From positions 6,944,001 through 7,008,000 of the forward strand of contig JAYWIR010000001.1 in assembly GCA_036172245.1 (NCBI GenBank): a DNA stretch of 64,000 bases, given 5' to 3'. Below the pieces are notes generated by a model, which was not told the origin of the DNA, searched no databases, and was given only the letters and a program-made list of their open reading frames with translations. The DNA comes from Raillietiella orientalis (Eukaryota). Shown one piece after another: positions 63,504 to 64,000 of this stretch. Position 1 is the first letter of the stretch, and each line of letters opens with the position of its first letter. The translations under genes were made by a program, and so were the position numbers.

Positions 63504-64000
63504 CAGCAATTTCATCTGCAGCCTCGCCCTATTGGCGGCCGCCCGGTCATTTCGGGGCTCCTGTCGAAGGAGCAGCAAACATGCAGGAGTGGCGGTGTGG
63601 CACGTGGTTCGTCCAAGCTCGTCCACACAGGGAATCTGACAAGGGTACCGATGCGCAGACCGGAGAGGTTCGCCTCCCCGAAGCAGAGAGGGGGGAGGGG
63701 GTGGGATCGCAGCCTGCTTGAAGACACCCCCTGCATCTGCCCGCAACTGCGCCTCGCTGATGATTTGCCGCCGTTCGCCTTCCGTAGGGAAAGCGACGCG
63801 CTGCGGCGAGGGAGGTGCGAGCACCCACGCTGGGATCCCCCAGGGCGCGCCTACCTGGACCGGTGCCGTAACCGCTGAGGAGGTGCGGTGGCGGGGGGGG
63901 GGAGGAAGACACGGCGAAGAGTCCCCCTCCGGCTTGCTGGGGGAAGGGTCTACTGGTGGACCCGCTTGCGGGCGTCCGTCCACATCCGTTGCTCAAAGGA

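Overview
Animal genomic DNA, most likely an arthropod or close relative judging by the scarecrow-type homeodomain. Two genes can be built exon by exon. (1) A complete 18-exon XRN2/Rat1 5'-3' exoribonuclease gene on + (CDS 4707-10147, 912 aa), lying in AT-rich, CpG-poor DNA and ending in 13 consecutive 43-53 nt introns. (2) A five-exon NK2.1/scarecrow homeobox gene on - (about 33967-26624), inside a roughly 40-kb GC- and CpG-rich block with no other recognisable gene. The genes converge tail-to-tail, the same arrangement as human XRN2 and NKX2-4, which suggests ancient microsynteny. The NK2.1 model lacks the expected NK2-specific domain, although a possible decayed relic of it sits just inside intron 4. 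The rest of the window holds heavily decayed RTE-like LINE fragments, tRNA-like SINE heads, two long imperfect inverted-repeat pairs, hairpins, microsatellites and candidate regulatory clusters (CCAAT, CTCF, homeodomain/TCF sites). Nearly all long ORFs in the GC-rich block are compositional artefacts. All calls were made by eye; no searches were run.
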